A stretch of 61,488 nt of DNA, counting the filler, from Platydemus manokwari (lineage: Eukaryota), in assembly GCA_037951405.1 (NCBI GenBank). It is 6 parts of 6 records of this genome, joined end to end, with 100 filler letters (N's around TTAATTAATTAA, not from the genome) between each part and the next. Parts side by side here need not be neighbours in the genome. Positions count along the whole stretch, not along the records: positions 23,013 to 32,863 come from JBBMOY011197099.1; positions 32,964 to 42,329 come from JBBMOY011259096.1; 4 more parts are not named here. The stretch is one strand, 5' to 3'. Below are positions 24,761 through 36,278 of the stretch, piece by piece. Position 1 is the first letter of the stretch. Every line of letters starts with the position of its first letter. The notes below the pieces were generated by a model. The model was given only the letters and a program-made list of their open reading frames with translations, ran no database searches and was not told where the DNA came from. The translations under genes were made by a program, and so were the position numbers.

Positions 24761-26659
24761 AACTGAAGATTGAGATTTATTAGAAAAGTCACAGTGGCAA
24801 AATATGGTTAATTATTACATCTGACCAACTTTAAAGGAATATATGTATCGAAAATATATAAATAGTAAGCGATGAAAAGTTAGCGCAATATTTTGTAATA
24901 AATTAGACTACTCTTCATTCTGGTCAGTTTCTTATATATATCAAGAAGTTGTATTACATTTCTAAATAAGTTAGCTGCTATGTATTCACCAAAGAACTTG
25001 GAGAAATCCAGACGTAACCTACTATCCCCTTGAAATATAGAATGCGTAATAAAAGATTCTTTTGACAAATTTTTACAAAATGGAAGCCGTCAAGCAATGT
25101 AGGAATACTTGCTAGGCCTTCACTATTATAAAAAAGAAACTTTAAAAAAAATGCGAGGAATGATGTTCAATTATTTGGCGCGATTTAACCTAAAGTCACT
25201 TGTCTTAAAGGGGCTTCAACACCTGGTATTGAAAACCAAGATGTTGGAAGATAAATTTAATATATTAACTTTCAGATTGAAGCACAGAAGAGGCGTTGGC
25301 TATCTGGGCCTAAAATGAGACGAGATTTAAAATCCACTGTGAATGAATTTATAACAGTTTGAGTTGTCAATAATCACTAAAAACAAAATTTGAGTTTTCA
25401 AATAGTTTTATTTAAGGAAATGAAAATAAAAATTAATATAAAAGATGAACAACAAAATACCTCGTACCTTGCCTCAGTGATTAACGAGAAATCTGGTATT
25501 AGTAATCTGAGATTAGTAATGACACAGAGAGAGAAGACGTTATTTATAAGATTAATAAATTCATGTAACTCAAACTATGATCGTGATATTGAAATTATAG
25601 TTAAATTAAATTAACAAATGAATGAAAGATAATAAATTGTGCGAACAAAACTGAACCTTACTGTGATTGCAGTGGCACTGGGTGAAATTCCGATATGTAT
25701 GAAAATCTCCAAACAGCTGCTGATTATTTTGGTACACAAATCCGAATACGATGCAATGTCGTCGTCTATAAATTTCATCCTCGACTGTGATGCGATGTCG
25801 TCTTCTATAAATTCCTTACTGTAACGAATTTTTACAAAACAGCCGCGCATGTATGACAAATACCCTCAATTCTCCGTCACGGTGCAGATCACGAATATTG
25901 ACGATTTCGAAATATGGTAATGATCAGTATTTTTCTCAGTTGTGTTGTTTTGTGTTGTGAGTTTCTTTGATGGTTTTTTGTAGTGCTACGATCAGCGTAG
26001 CTATTTGTATTCGCTGATCGAATCCACCCACTTATACGGCTCTTCATGCCGATCACTTTGCCGATTTTTTTCACATGTTTCGTGAGAACAATTAATGAGT
26101 ATATCTGATTTTTATTATCTATTATAATTATATTTATTATATTTCTTATGATTTTTCTACCTGTCTTTTTGCTATTTATTATTGTTATTTATTAACTCAC
26201 TAATAACTATTATTTATTTACCTGTTTTTTGTCATTTGTTTAATTATTATTTATTTATTTCTCTCCGTGTCTTTATCTCTACCGGATTTTAACACAAAAC
26301 AATAATAATAAAGCAAAAATAATAAAGGAATAATATATAAAATACAACATATAACACTGATAGTAAACGGTAAAGTTTATTACAAGCGTAAAAGTAAAAA
26401 TAATTATGATAATAAAAGCTAAAGTTTATTACAAGGGTAAAAGTAAAAGATCAACGTAAAATCAATGTTTTATTAATTAATCAGTTGTTGATATCGTTAA
26501 TCAGTTATGGGTCACAATAGTCTGGAAAATTGCATTGTTGGCGTGGTTAATTGTTGTTGATGGGATTCAATATTTGCTTTCTCGAATAGGATTCAATATT
26601 TGTAATCTCGACAGCAGTTCAGCCTATACTTGGATTCAAATATATGTTTATGTTTGTAG

Positions 26660-26908
26660 ATAGAGTGCAGAATGCACTCTCCGGAATACGTTTCACTTCA
26701 TTCCAAGGCATGAAAAAGTGGCTCGATTCGTTATTTGATTCAAAAGATGACCGGTTTTTTTGGGATGGCATCCACAAATTGCCCGAAAGATGGGGAAATG
26801 TTGTAACTTCCGATGGATATTACTTTGGATAACAGAATTGTACAAGATTTTCTTTAATAAACACTCAATTGTTCTAAAAAAATTCCGGTTTTTAAGTTAT
26901 AGGCCCAA
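26660..26908 (+). mobile_element. Mariner element 3' fragment with right TIR
   Basis: Mariner C-terminus FFWDGIHKLPERWGNVVTSDGYYF*; TIR AATTCCGGTTTTTAAGTTATAGGCCCAA followed by TA. Confidence 0.9.
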
Positions 26909-27046
26909 TATAAGAAAAATTAATTGAAAAAAAGGTTAAATCAGGAGAACTAATTAATTAAAATAGAAATGAGAAATAATTATCTAATTAGATTATGAGA
27001 AAAAATTAATAAGAGAAATTTATCAAAATGTATTTAAATGAGAAAA

Positions 27047-27398
27047 TTAGTAATAACGCCTTGAGAAAAAATGGACATGACTAGGCGCGTATAAATACTT
27101 GCGCTGATCATAGTTGAAACTGTCCTAACAATCACAATAAGTAGAGAGTTAACTGCGAAAACTATCATTTCAAATCGGAAGCAGAAATATTTCAAATCAG
27201 AGGCGGAATAATTTCAAATCAGAAGTAGATTTGTTTCGAAATTGGGAGTACAATCATTACGCATCAGGAGCAGAATTATTTCGAATTAGAGGAAAATCTT
27301 GCCGGACGAAGATTACGAACTGCTAAGAAACTAACGACGACACGTGGATATATATTATAACTGAATTTCTATTGGGATCTATTTTTCTCGAGAGCTAA
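27047..27398. repeat. LTR-like segment of the gag/ORF2 element with ~22-bp internal tandem subrepeats
   Basis: Imperfect inverted ends (TTAG..TTGAGAAAAAATGGA / TCTATTTTTCTCGA..CTAA); ATTTCAAATC(A/G)GA repeats at 27166-27235; TATAAATA on the + strand at ~27090. Confidence 0.45.
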
Positions 27399-27451
27399 TA
27401 GCCCAGAGTGACTCAGTTTCTTCTGTCCTCAATCCTCAAGTTCATAGGAAT

Positions 27452-28582
27452 TTATTTTCCAACAGCTTGGTCATCATACCGGTTGTTGAAGCCCCTACAT
27501 CCGACATCTACCAAATATTCATCATCGTCGACGGGATTTTCCCAAATAGTGAGCGCGAATGGCTCTGCGATAGCTTTCTCTGTCCTAATGTCTTGTCTCA
27601 CTTTCTTTATTTTCGTATATACTGAGTAATGTTTTATCCAGCTGCCATCGTCTACAGGCCGGATGTGTATAGTCACGGGAGGCTGTCGGAGTGAGCTGCT
27701 GTGTAGTGCTAGACCGTATCTCTGTAATAGGAGCTGTACCTCGCTCCGACAAATAGTCGTTCGTTCCAATAATGGAGCAAGTAAAGGCGCCACTCTGGCT
27801 AATGTATCCGTAGGTATGGTTACATAAATGTGAGAGCATAAAAGGCTCTTAATTTTTTCGTCATCAATTGTCGGTTTCTGTAATTCGTCATAAAGTTCCG
27901 TAGGAAACTGTGTCAATCTCTTTTTGTCGGCTTTGGACATCTCAATTGTGACCAACGCGTTCTCTTGGTTGAGTATGGTGGTTTTTTCATAGTCGGAATC
28001 ACTCGTGGATTCAATTTCAGTTGTCGGCGTCGTGCCAATATGTGTAGCCTCGCATCCAATCGTTGTGTTGGGTGGGCTTATGCCAATGTGTGTAGCCTCG
28101 CATCCAATCGTTGTGTTGGGTGGACTTATATCTATTGTCCGTTCAGTAATGTTGGGCGTAGGGCCCGTGAGTTCAGCCACACATCCAATCGTTGCGTTAG
28201 ATGGGCTCGTCTCTTGTGATTCATTGTATATCGATGTGCGACCTTGGTTACAGCTGTAAAGCCCTGCGAACTTCGGTTCATGTATAAAAGACCTATTGTT
28301 TTCGTTATATGCGCTACCTTGGTGCCAGGTGTAAAGGCCTGTGGACCGTGGTACATATTTATTATTTGAATGTTGGCAAAGCAGATCGGTGCTTTTGACC
28401 GTCGTGTTTGCCTGCCGGTTGGGTATATTGTGGCGAGGTGAACCAGCCGTCTCTGGTACCTTAAATACAAAAGTTTCTGTTGTGGGTGCGTCAATGCACA
28501 TTCGTTTTGTGATTGGCCGTGCTGTGGCCTTATTATTTCCGTCGTTGCTGACCGGACGGGTAGCTGGAGTTCCTATTGTCAT
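27452..28582 (-). CDS. Uncharacterised retroelement ORF2 (376 aa from ATG; frame open back to 28723), no Pol motifs
   Basis: Long intact ORF in GC-richer sequence directly downstream of gag. Internal repeats (ISPPNTTIGCEATHIG x2). No DTG, YxDD, RNase H or integrase motif seen. Confidence 0.7.
   Translation of the reverse strand: MTIGTPATRPVSNDGNNKATARPITKRMCIDAPTTETFVFKVPETAGSPRHNIPNRQANTTVKSTDLLCQHSNNKYVPRSTGLYTWHQGSAYNENNRSFIHEPKFAGLYSCNQGRTSIYNESQETSPSNATIGCVAELTGPTPNITERTIDISPPNTTIGCEATHIGISPPNTTIGCEATHIGTTPTTEIESTSDSDYEKTTILNQENALVTIEMSKADKKRLTQFPTELYDELQKPTIDDEKIKSLLCSHIYVTIPTDTLARVAPLLAPLLERTTICRSEVQLLLQRYGLALHSSSLRQPPVTIHIRPVDDGSWIKHYSVYTKIKKVRQDIRTEKAIAEPFALTIWENPVDDDEYLVDVGCRGFNNRYDDQAVGK
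28033..28128. repeat. 2 x 48-bp tandem repeat within ORF2 (degenerate third copy ~28175-28205)
   Basis: TGCCAAT(A/G)TGTGTAGCCTCGCATCCAATCGTTGTGTTGGGTGG(G/A)CTTA x2. Confidence 0.95.
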
Positions 28583-28647
28583 TAAACATCGTTCGTTGAG
28601 TGCTCGTAGACGTTCAACGTGATTTCTCTCTTCATTATATTCATACT

Positions 28648-29460
28648 CTAATTGTTGTAGGCGGGTCCATCCATCGTTTGCCCATGTGCTACAAATGCTT
28701 GCTCGGAGGAATTGTGACCCTGTTCATTGTATACTTGATTGGCTGGATTGCGGGGACATACACGGCTTACTTGACCGAATTGCCCACATCCAAAACATTT
28801 GATTTTGCCATTTAGATTTACATCATCTCGTTTTACCTGAGGGTATTGAGACGATCAGCAGATGATTGCCAGATGTCCTAATTTTCCACATTTGTCACAT
28901 TGTAAATTCGTGGCCTTGCATTCGGCCGTTTTATGATTATATTTTCTACATTTTTGGCACTTTATTCGATTACCGTCAACGTCGGTTGAGGCATGACAAT
29001 CTCGGGTTGAGTGACCCTGTCTTTTGCAGATGGCACAGTTTAATTTCCTATTGTCGTCATTGTTTGATTTATTGTTTGACTTATTATTATTATTGTTTTT
29101 CCAATTATTTTGTTTATTCCAGTTATTGTTATTGTTATTATTTTGATTCACGTTTTTCTCATTGTTCTCATACGTTGCACATATTTGTTCGCCGTGGCCT
29201 TGGCTTATTTCTACTAATCTAGCCTTTTTGACTAATTCGTCGAAATTATCTCCCATATGTAGACTCAAACTCGCTCTGATGTCAGGTAAGAATCCTTCCC
29301 ACAGATGATATTTTACATTATGAAGGGTATCCGGTGGCCATTGTGATCTACTTCCATAGGCTCGTTCTGCCAGTAACATTAATTGGTGGGTAAATCCACC
29401 CACATGCTCGCCCGGGAGCTGTTTTCTACTTTTAAAACGTTGTCTGAAAAGATGTCCTTT
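28648..29460 (-). pseudogene. gag: LTR-retrotransposon Gag (capsid C-terminal region plus 4 zinc knuckles), 5'-truncated, one in-frame TGA at 28855-28857
   Basis: RKQLPGEHVGGFTHQLMLLAERAY (gag major-homology-like region), Asn-rich linker, CX2CX4HX4C x3. After the TGA, a fourth degenerate knuckle CFGCGQFGQVSRVC lies in frame, ending at TAG 28648. Confidence 0.88.
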
Positions 29461-29469
29461 TAAAGGTAA

Positions 29470-32150
29470 TATCAGAAATACATTTAGTAGATATTTGAAA
29501 ATAGATTACTTGATTTACTTTTTTATCATATAAATAACCAGGAGGAACACTATTAGCTGTAAAACTATCCTGTTCAATCCTGTATACTAAACATCTTCCC
29601 ACCTTTAATTAAAACTTCAACAATAAACTTTACATTCTAAATCCGTGTCTTTTTCAATTTCCATTATTAAGTTACAACAATTTATCATTAATTTTTCATC
29701 TTGAGCACTAACATCGAAACAAAATACTGAGTATAAATTTTGAAAATCTAACATATTTAATTGTGGTTTATTTTTAAATTCTTTACACAAGTTAACATAA
29801 GTTAAATATGTTTCTATTTGATTATAAGTTGCTATATCAAACTGCATTCTATTCATTGGATAATTTGTATTGTTTAAATCTGTTAGAAAATGTCCGAATT
29901 CTTGGAATATTTTATAGTCTTTTCGTCCGTCTTTTAGAAAAATCCTAAGTAGAAATTATTTAAATACATTCCTTCAAATTTGAGACAGGTTTTCTTCAAA
30001 TTAATGTAAGAATAAGATCTGCGATTTCAAGGTTTGCCGATTTCATTCTTCACCTAATGGAAAGTTTATACAAATTGGGAAATTATTTATTAAAAACTCA
30101 ATTATAAAATCAAATACAATAATACAAAATTACTTGATAGAAAAAAAATAATTTCATAAATTAATGGTGGTATTTATAATTAAATTCGTTGATAGAAAAA
30201 TTATGTTTTTAAAACCCATTTGAATTTTATCAATTCTTCCAGGAATTGTTTTTTCCGAGAATTTATTTCCAAAAATTTTTAAAAATACAATGATAATTAT
30301 AAGAAGATTGTCATTAATAATGTTGATAATAATAAAGATTCTATATACAAACACTATGATTTGAAATTTCATAGATTAGTAGTGATGAATAGACTATTAT
30401 TAAACATACAGTAATATTTATATTTCCCAAACCTAATGTATGTCTTCCATCTTCTAAAATTTTATCTCTTATCATCAAATGAGGAAATCGCGTCTTTTTC
30501 TTGGTCATAATAATGTATTTTGTATATTTCAAAATTAAACCCTTTATTAAGATATTGTATTGTTAAATTATTATAAATGACATTTTTATAAAAAGTCATT
30601 CAACATATTGTAAATGATAAATATATAAAATCATTACAAGTTAGATTAAATAACAGTTACTGTACAACTTATGAAATGCGTTTTGATATTACAACAAATA
30701 ATCAGGATACCTCATGTGATGCATATATTAATGTTTGTAATGATTTTAATAATTAAATATGTAAGATTTTTAGAATTTATATTTGATTTTTTTGTCAATG
30801 CAAAAGATCAAGGCGAAAAATTAACAATAACTGAAAGTACAATTGCCGGTTGAAAACACTTCAAAGATAACTTGAAAATATTTATTTTTAACAAATAAAT
30901 GATGCATATATTTGAAAACAAATAACAAAACACCGCAAAGCCTAAATCATTTAACTATTGTGGAAAAAATAAAATTATCTGAAGAAATTATTAATAAATT
31001 AAGAAAATTAATAGAAAATAAAGAAAGATATAAGAAATCAAAAACCTGGTGAGGTTTTTCAATTATTAGCTGCATTACCATCAATTATAGCGAGTTCCCG
31101 TAGAACAGAAGGAATTGCTAGAGTTACCACTACTGTAAATAAGGCTATAGCTTTGAATTTAAAAATACTATTTTTGCTAATTAACAACAATAAATAACAT
31201 TTTTAATATGAATGAAAGAATTAAAAATATTGTCTCCTTGAAAAATAAAATAAATACTGAAAATGAAGCAAAGCAACATTCTAAAATTTGCTAAATCTCT
31301 GTTAGAGCCATTAACAAAAAATCATGAAAAACCACAATAAGCAATTGAGGATAAAAATAAAAATTTCTAAGCTATTGAGGAAATACAAGGCATTGAATTA
31401 ATAAATATATGATAGAATATGACCAAACTCCATGATGAATTGATCAAGAACTATTTAACTCAAATAATAATAATATTATTAATAATAATAATTTACTAAA
31501 ATATTATTATATTTGAATTTTATTAGCACCTTAAAAAGTGAAGATAGTATTTTTTATAATTCAATAAATATCATTTGATCAAACTTATATAAAAGAGAAA
31601 GAAAGAATAGTATCATTTAAAAGTATTTTAATGGTATTTTAGATAACAAAAATTTAATAATAAATTTAATAATAAAATCCATGTTTTCAATATATGATAT
31701 TAATTTTTAAACAATAAATGATGAAAAGCTTTTAGAGCAAATAAAAAACTTCAAAAAATCTAAATCACTTACCCATGACGTAATTAATAAAAAAAATAAC
31801 TAAAAAAAGAAATAAAAATAGAATATGGTGTTTAATCATTATTAACTGCAGTACTAGTAATTATAGTGAATCCTTAAGAAAGAAGAGGTTTGTATGATTT
31901 TTTAAAAATAATAGATATGAAAAGTTACTGTTTCTGAAACGGATTGAAGTGAGAATTAAAAATGAAATTTAAATGACGATTAATAATTATAAAAAAATAT
32001 TTTTGTTTGATTATATTATAATATTTAATATTCATCTTGTTTATTATTTTAATCTCTCAAAAAAATTATTTATAAAATTTTAAAAAAATAAAATGTGTTA
32101 AAAATAATTTTGATATTAATTGAAATGTGAATTATTAAAAAAGGTTAATA
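29470..32150. mobile_element. Decayed Polinton/Maverick (adintovirus-like) relic: capsid fragments and accessory ORF remnants
   Basis: Minus 29617-29885: DLNNTNYP..FD..YLTY..PQLNMLDFQNLYSVFCFDVSAQ (major capsid C-terminal-like). Minus ~29490-29570: FTANSVPPGYLY (minor capsid-like). Plus ~31045-31150: GEVFQLLAALPSIIAS..GIA..VNKA (GGFLP-type amphipathic protein-like). Heavily degraded. Confidence 0.65.
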
Positions 32151-32419
32151 ATAATAGAATATTTATTTAGAAAGTCTGTTATATAAAATATATTTTTTAC
32201 ATGTTGAGGATTATGAGTTTTTAATACAGCCTAAAGTGTTTTCGCTAACATGGCACCCACGCACGTGGATACGATCTTAGATTCGCTGTTGACACACATT
32301 TTCAAATTAAAGGATAAAGTCGAATGTTTTATTTAAAAATGTAAATGATGTTTTGAGGCTTGGAAATTTATAAGAAAAGATAGTAGAGGCAAAACTAAGA
32401 ATTTAAGAGAAAACAACAT

Positions 32420-32792
32420 TATAAGAAAATGCAAATCGCCGTGAAAAACGCCACTTGTATGTATATTGAAAAAGGCAGAAATGATATAAGAATATGCCTT
32501 AATTTTCGAGAAATAAACTTAATGACAAAGAGACAGGCATTTCTCATGCCAAATATAGAAGAACTATTAGATACTCTACACGGCTCTAAGTATTTCACAT
32601 TGGTAGACTTACCAGTTAGAGCCTGGCAAAGAGTTACAAGCAAAAACAGAAGTCTCGACGAAAGAGAAGCAATACTGTTTTACACGGATGCCGTTTGGGA
32701 TTGCAGCAGCAGCAGGAACATTTCAAGAATTGATGACAAAGGTATTATGGGATATAAGTGAAAAAGGAGCCATGGTATATTTGGAAGACATA
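32420..32792 (+). pseudogene. Ty3/Gypsy reverse transcriptase fragment
   Basis: SP*KTPLVCILKK / RICLNFREINLMTKRQAFLMPNIEELLDTLHGSKYFTLVDL / RMPFGI..FQELM..VYLED, with frameshifts. Confidence 0.9.
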
Positions 32793-32863
32793 TTGGGTCT
32801 ATAACTTAATAACCGGAATTTGACACCAGATGTAAACACTTGTGTGTGTGCTGTAGCAAATCA
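32793..32863 (+). mobile_element. Mariner left TIR (same family as 26660-26908), cut by the spacer
   Basis: TA + TTGGGTCTATAACTTAATAACCGGAATTT, a near reverse complement of 26880-26908. Confidence 0.85.
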
Positions 32864-32963
32864 NNNNNNNNNNNNNNNNNNNNNNNNNNNNNNNNNNNNN
32901 NNNNNNNTTAATTAATTAANNNNNNNNNNNNNNNNNNNNNNNNNNNNNNNNNNNNNNNNNNNN
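32864..32963. other. Artificial contig spacer
   Basis: 44N-TTAATTAATTAA-44N. Confidence 0.97.
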
Positions 32964-33283
32964 TGCTGGCCAGAGGCCATCCAATCCATCCATTTTTGCC
33001 TCATTCTGTCCTTGAATGGTTTGTTCAGAACGACATCCAGTGGCTGCAGGATAGATGTCAAGCCATCAGGAATCACTGCTTGGGTGGTGTTGAGAGAAGT
33101 ACATTTTCTCTTTACTTTATCAGTTATATGTGCTCTGAACTGACCCCACACTAAAATGGATTTCTGAAAGAGAGCTCCTACATAATTTGATCTTTCTTAC
33201 ATACTCAAGTTTAATACTCCCCCCATTTTTAATGTTGAAATTTGAGACGAAAATGGGAGCATTATACTTAGGTGATTACGGTA
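32964..33283 (-). mobile_element. pogo/Tigger-family DDE transposase fragment, internally deleted, with terminal sequence
   Basis: LVWGQFRAH..VIPDGLTSILQPLDVVLNKPFKDRMR (pogo DDE_1 signature QPLD..NKPFK); terminus-like GATTACGG+TA at ~33275-33283. Confidence 0.85.
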
Positions 33284-34432
33284 TGTTTGTTAATCGTTAG
33301 AAAAAAACTTACAATATCAATCTCAAATGTAAATCTCTAATTTCAATTAGCCGTGTATGTTCTTATTGTGAACTTTACCATTATTAAAATCATAACCAAA
33401 AGGTTTTTAATTATTTCAACATATTCATGAAGCAAAGTCATCATTTAATTTTAATAATTTAATACCATAGTAAGCATTAACAGTACCAACAACTGATTTG
33501 ATTATTATTATTATTATTATTTGATCACACGATCTGGGAAATTTGTTCAATGTAAATACCAAATACTTATACGTGCTTATAACCATCATTCACGGTAGAC
33601 CGATTGTAAGCAACTTCTCAATATAATTAAGCCATTTTGTTTTGCAGTGTGTTTGTTGTTGTGGAATAAAAATTTCCATAAATTCTAATGATGATAATTT
33701 CAATATTTAATGATTCCGAGGATGAAAGAAACGATTGGTGATAATGTCCTCGACTAATGGAAAACTCATTTCATTAAACTGATCCCCGTATATTTATTGG
33801 TGACGCTGAGATCAAGAATAATAATTGTACTTATAATTTATTACTCATTAATATAATGGTGAATATATTCCTTTTTTAATAGGCACAATAGCATTGATCA
33901 AATCAGAAGACTGATGGTAAAACACGCCAATCTCTAAACAACAACTATTCATCAGAGAATATTTGTTAGCTGGGTATCATTTTGAATTGGCTGAGCTCAC
34001 TCTACTCTGCTTAAATTCATCCGGACTACTCATAGTTTCGTCTCGGTATACTCGCAGAAATCGTTGTCTTTTAGTCTTCTCAGATTACTAACTCAGCGTT
34101 TGGAAAATTTGGTTTTTTTTATTTCGATAATTTTAATCATGAGTCGACACGGAGATTGATTTTTGCTCGCGGTATTGATGCCGCATTCAGACAAGTAATA
34201 TCAGATCTGTCTTCTTTAACTGTTCTCCCATAGCGTAATTGTTTCGCTGCCATTAGAAATTCTATGAGGATCACAACGACCGATATTAAAAGTTTGGATT
34301 TTATATACTGATTCTCCGACTTCCTTCAGTAGACATTCGTATGAATGCAAAAAATTACTATGAAATGCTAGTTTTCATGGAATGTGATTTCTGTATAAAA
34401 GACTTTTGAATATTCTTCGGATTTTCATATTA

Positions 34433-35407
34433 ATGAATAACAATAATAACAATTCACAAATCAACTGTTCGGTTTTCCATCCGGGTTCCACTACAAACAC
34501 CAACGAAATTCCATGGATCTGTCTAAAATATAACTCGTCTATCGAGAATCTATTAATAGTTTTGTTTGCATTTTTAATGATCGGAACTTTGGGCGGCAAT
34601 TTTCTCGTCATTACGGCAATTATATTAGTCAAGAAATTGCAAACTCCCAGCAACTTCCTTATTTTGAGTTTAGCTGCTAGTGATACATTGGTAGCATTTA
34701 TTCTTCCTTTGGTTGGTTTTGTTCAACTTCGCGGAGGACATTGGCCATTCTCAGAAACGTTTTGTGATATTTTCATTTGTCTTGACGTTTTATTATGCAG
34801 TTCAAGTATTTTGAATCTCTGTGCCATTTCCATAGATCGCTATCTCATCATAACAAAACCTTTGCAATATGGAACTCGAAGAACATTGAAACAAATGTTC
34901 CTAATGATTCTTTTAGTTTGGTTTCTTTCAGGACTTATAAGTATTCCACCGGCTATTGGATGGAAAGAGAAATTTGTACCAGGAAAATGCATTTATTCCG
35001 AAAATCTCGGTTATCAAATTTTTGCCACTTGTGGAGCATTTTATATCCCACTGATTATCATGCTTGTCTTGTATGGACGGATTTTTCTATTGACACAAAC
35101 CATGGTTAAAAAGGACGCCCAATTAAACAAGCGAACACCGATCTATGCTTCGACAAATTTGAAAATACCAGATTTCAATGATAAGAGCAATGTCAAAGAA
35201 AACATGTGCCACCGGTCGTCAATGTCCGATCAGAGTAGTAACGAATGGAATGATTTGAAAAAGATATCTCTTGAGCAAAACGAATTTCCCAAACATTGTC
35301 GAATGAGAAACGAAAAGCCGAATTATGCCGAAAATAAAGCAATAACCACATTAGGAGTTATTATGGGATGTTTTACCATTTGCTGGTTACCATTCTTTGT
35401 TATTCAG
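34433..35407 (+). CDS. Aminergic class A GPCR, serotonin 5-HT7-like; exon encoding N-terminus to TM6 (TM7 exon not found)
   Basis: GN (TM1), LAASD (TM2), D3.32 in CLDVLLCSSSILNLCAISIDRY, YQIFATCGAFYIP (TM5), ENKAITTLGVIMGCFTICWLPFF (TM6). Splice donor CAG|GTAATT at 35407/35408. Confidence 0.9.
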
Positions 35408-36278
35408 GTAATTTTAATAATTGTTTTTACCGGCACCATTTAAATAGAGTGAAATATCAGTAAACCAAAGACATTATATTTTCCCAATTATCAAATTGAG
35501 TAAAAAAATAAATTTATAATTTTACAAACAAATAAAATTCATAAAAAAAGAAAAATTTTCAGCTACAATTATTTTGTTTCCCGATTTTAACAGAGAGCAA
35601 AAATAAATTTGTAATTTTCTGAACAATTTGGTATTATTGCATTATCGATTGTTTATTGATTGCTGTTTTTTTTGATAAATATTTATTTTTTTCAACAACT
35701 ATTGCTTTTAAATCGCTGTTACATTTTTTCCCACTGAACTAATCGGTTTTTGTTTTAATTGTTTGGGAGTAATGCATATCCACAGTGATCGATTGATTAT
35801 GTTTTTGTTTTTTCGAAATCGAACTACGGCTATAATTTTCAGAATGCTGGAAATCAATATAAGAACTACTTAAATAAATATTTATTGAAATAATAACTTA
35901 TCATTTGATATTTGTTACAAGCTTTATTCCTTATTGTGTTTATTGGGGGTAAAAGATTTTTTGAAATAGAAACGTAGATTTGCGTGCAACAATTTATTGA
36001 CAGCATTGGCTTTCAAGCTGTGATTATTTGGGACTACTTGAGAATTGGGTTTAGTAAAGACATCACTGTTGTGAAGCAAATCTTCGCAATCAATGCTATT
36101 AAGATGTATTCTTTAGTATTATTGATGTTAATGGTTATGAAAATACAAAAATAATTTTAAAACATAATTCGCTTGATTAATTTCATAAAATTTTTATTGC
36201 TGGTTTTAAAAATTCACGTCTAATAACACATTTTAATTTAAATTAAAAAAACAAATAATAATAGTAGTATTTATAATG

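Noticed and set aside
27166-28128. CRISPR-like arrays (22-bp and 48-bp repeats)
   Set aside because: Tandem units without unique spacers, in a eukaryotic context with no cas genes.
27585-29222. Overlapping and antisense short ORFs around gag/ORF2
   Set aside because: Expected shadows in GC-richer, repeat-containing coding DNA; no motifs.
26880-32822. Composite mariner transposon carrying gag, Polinton and RT
   Set aside because: The two TIRs are the inner ends of two separate copies and do not bracket the interval as a mobilisable unit. The left copy is 5'-truncated.
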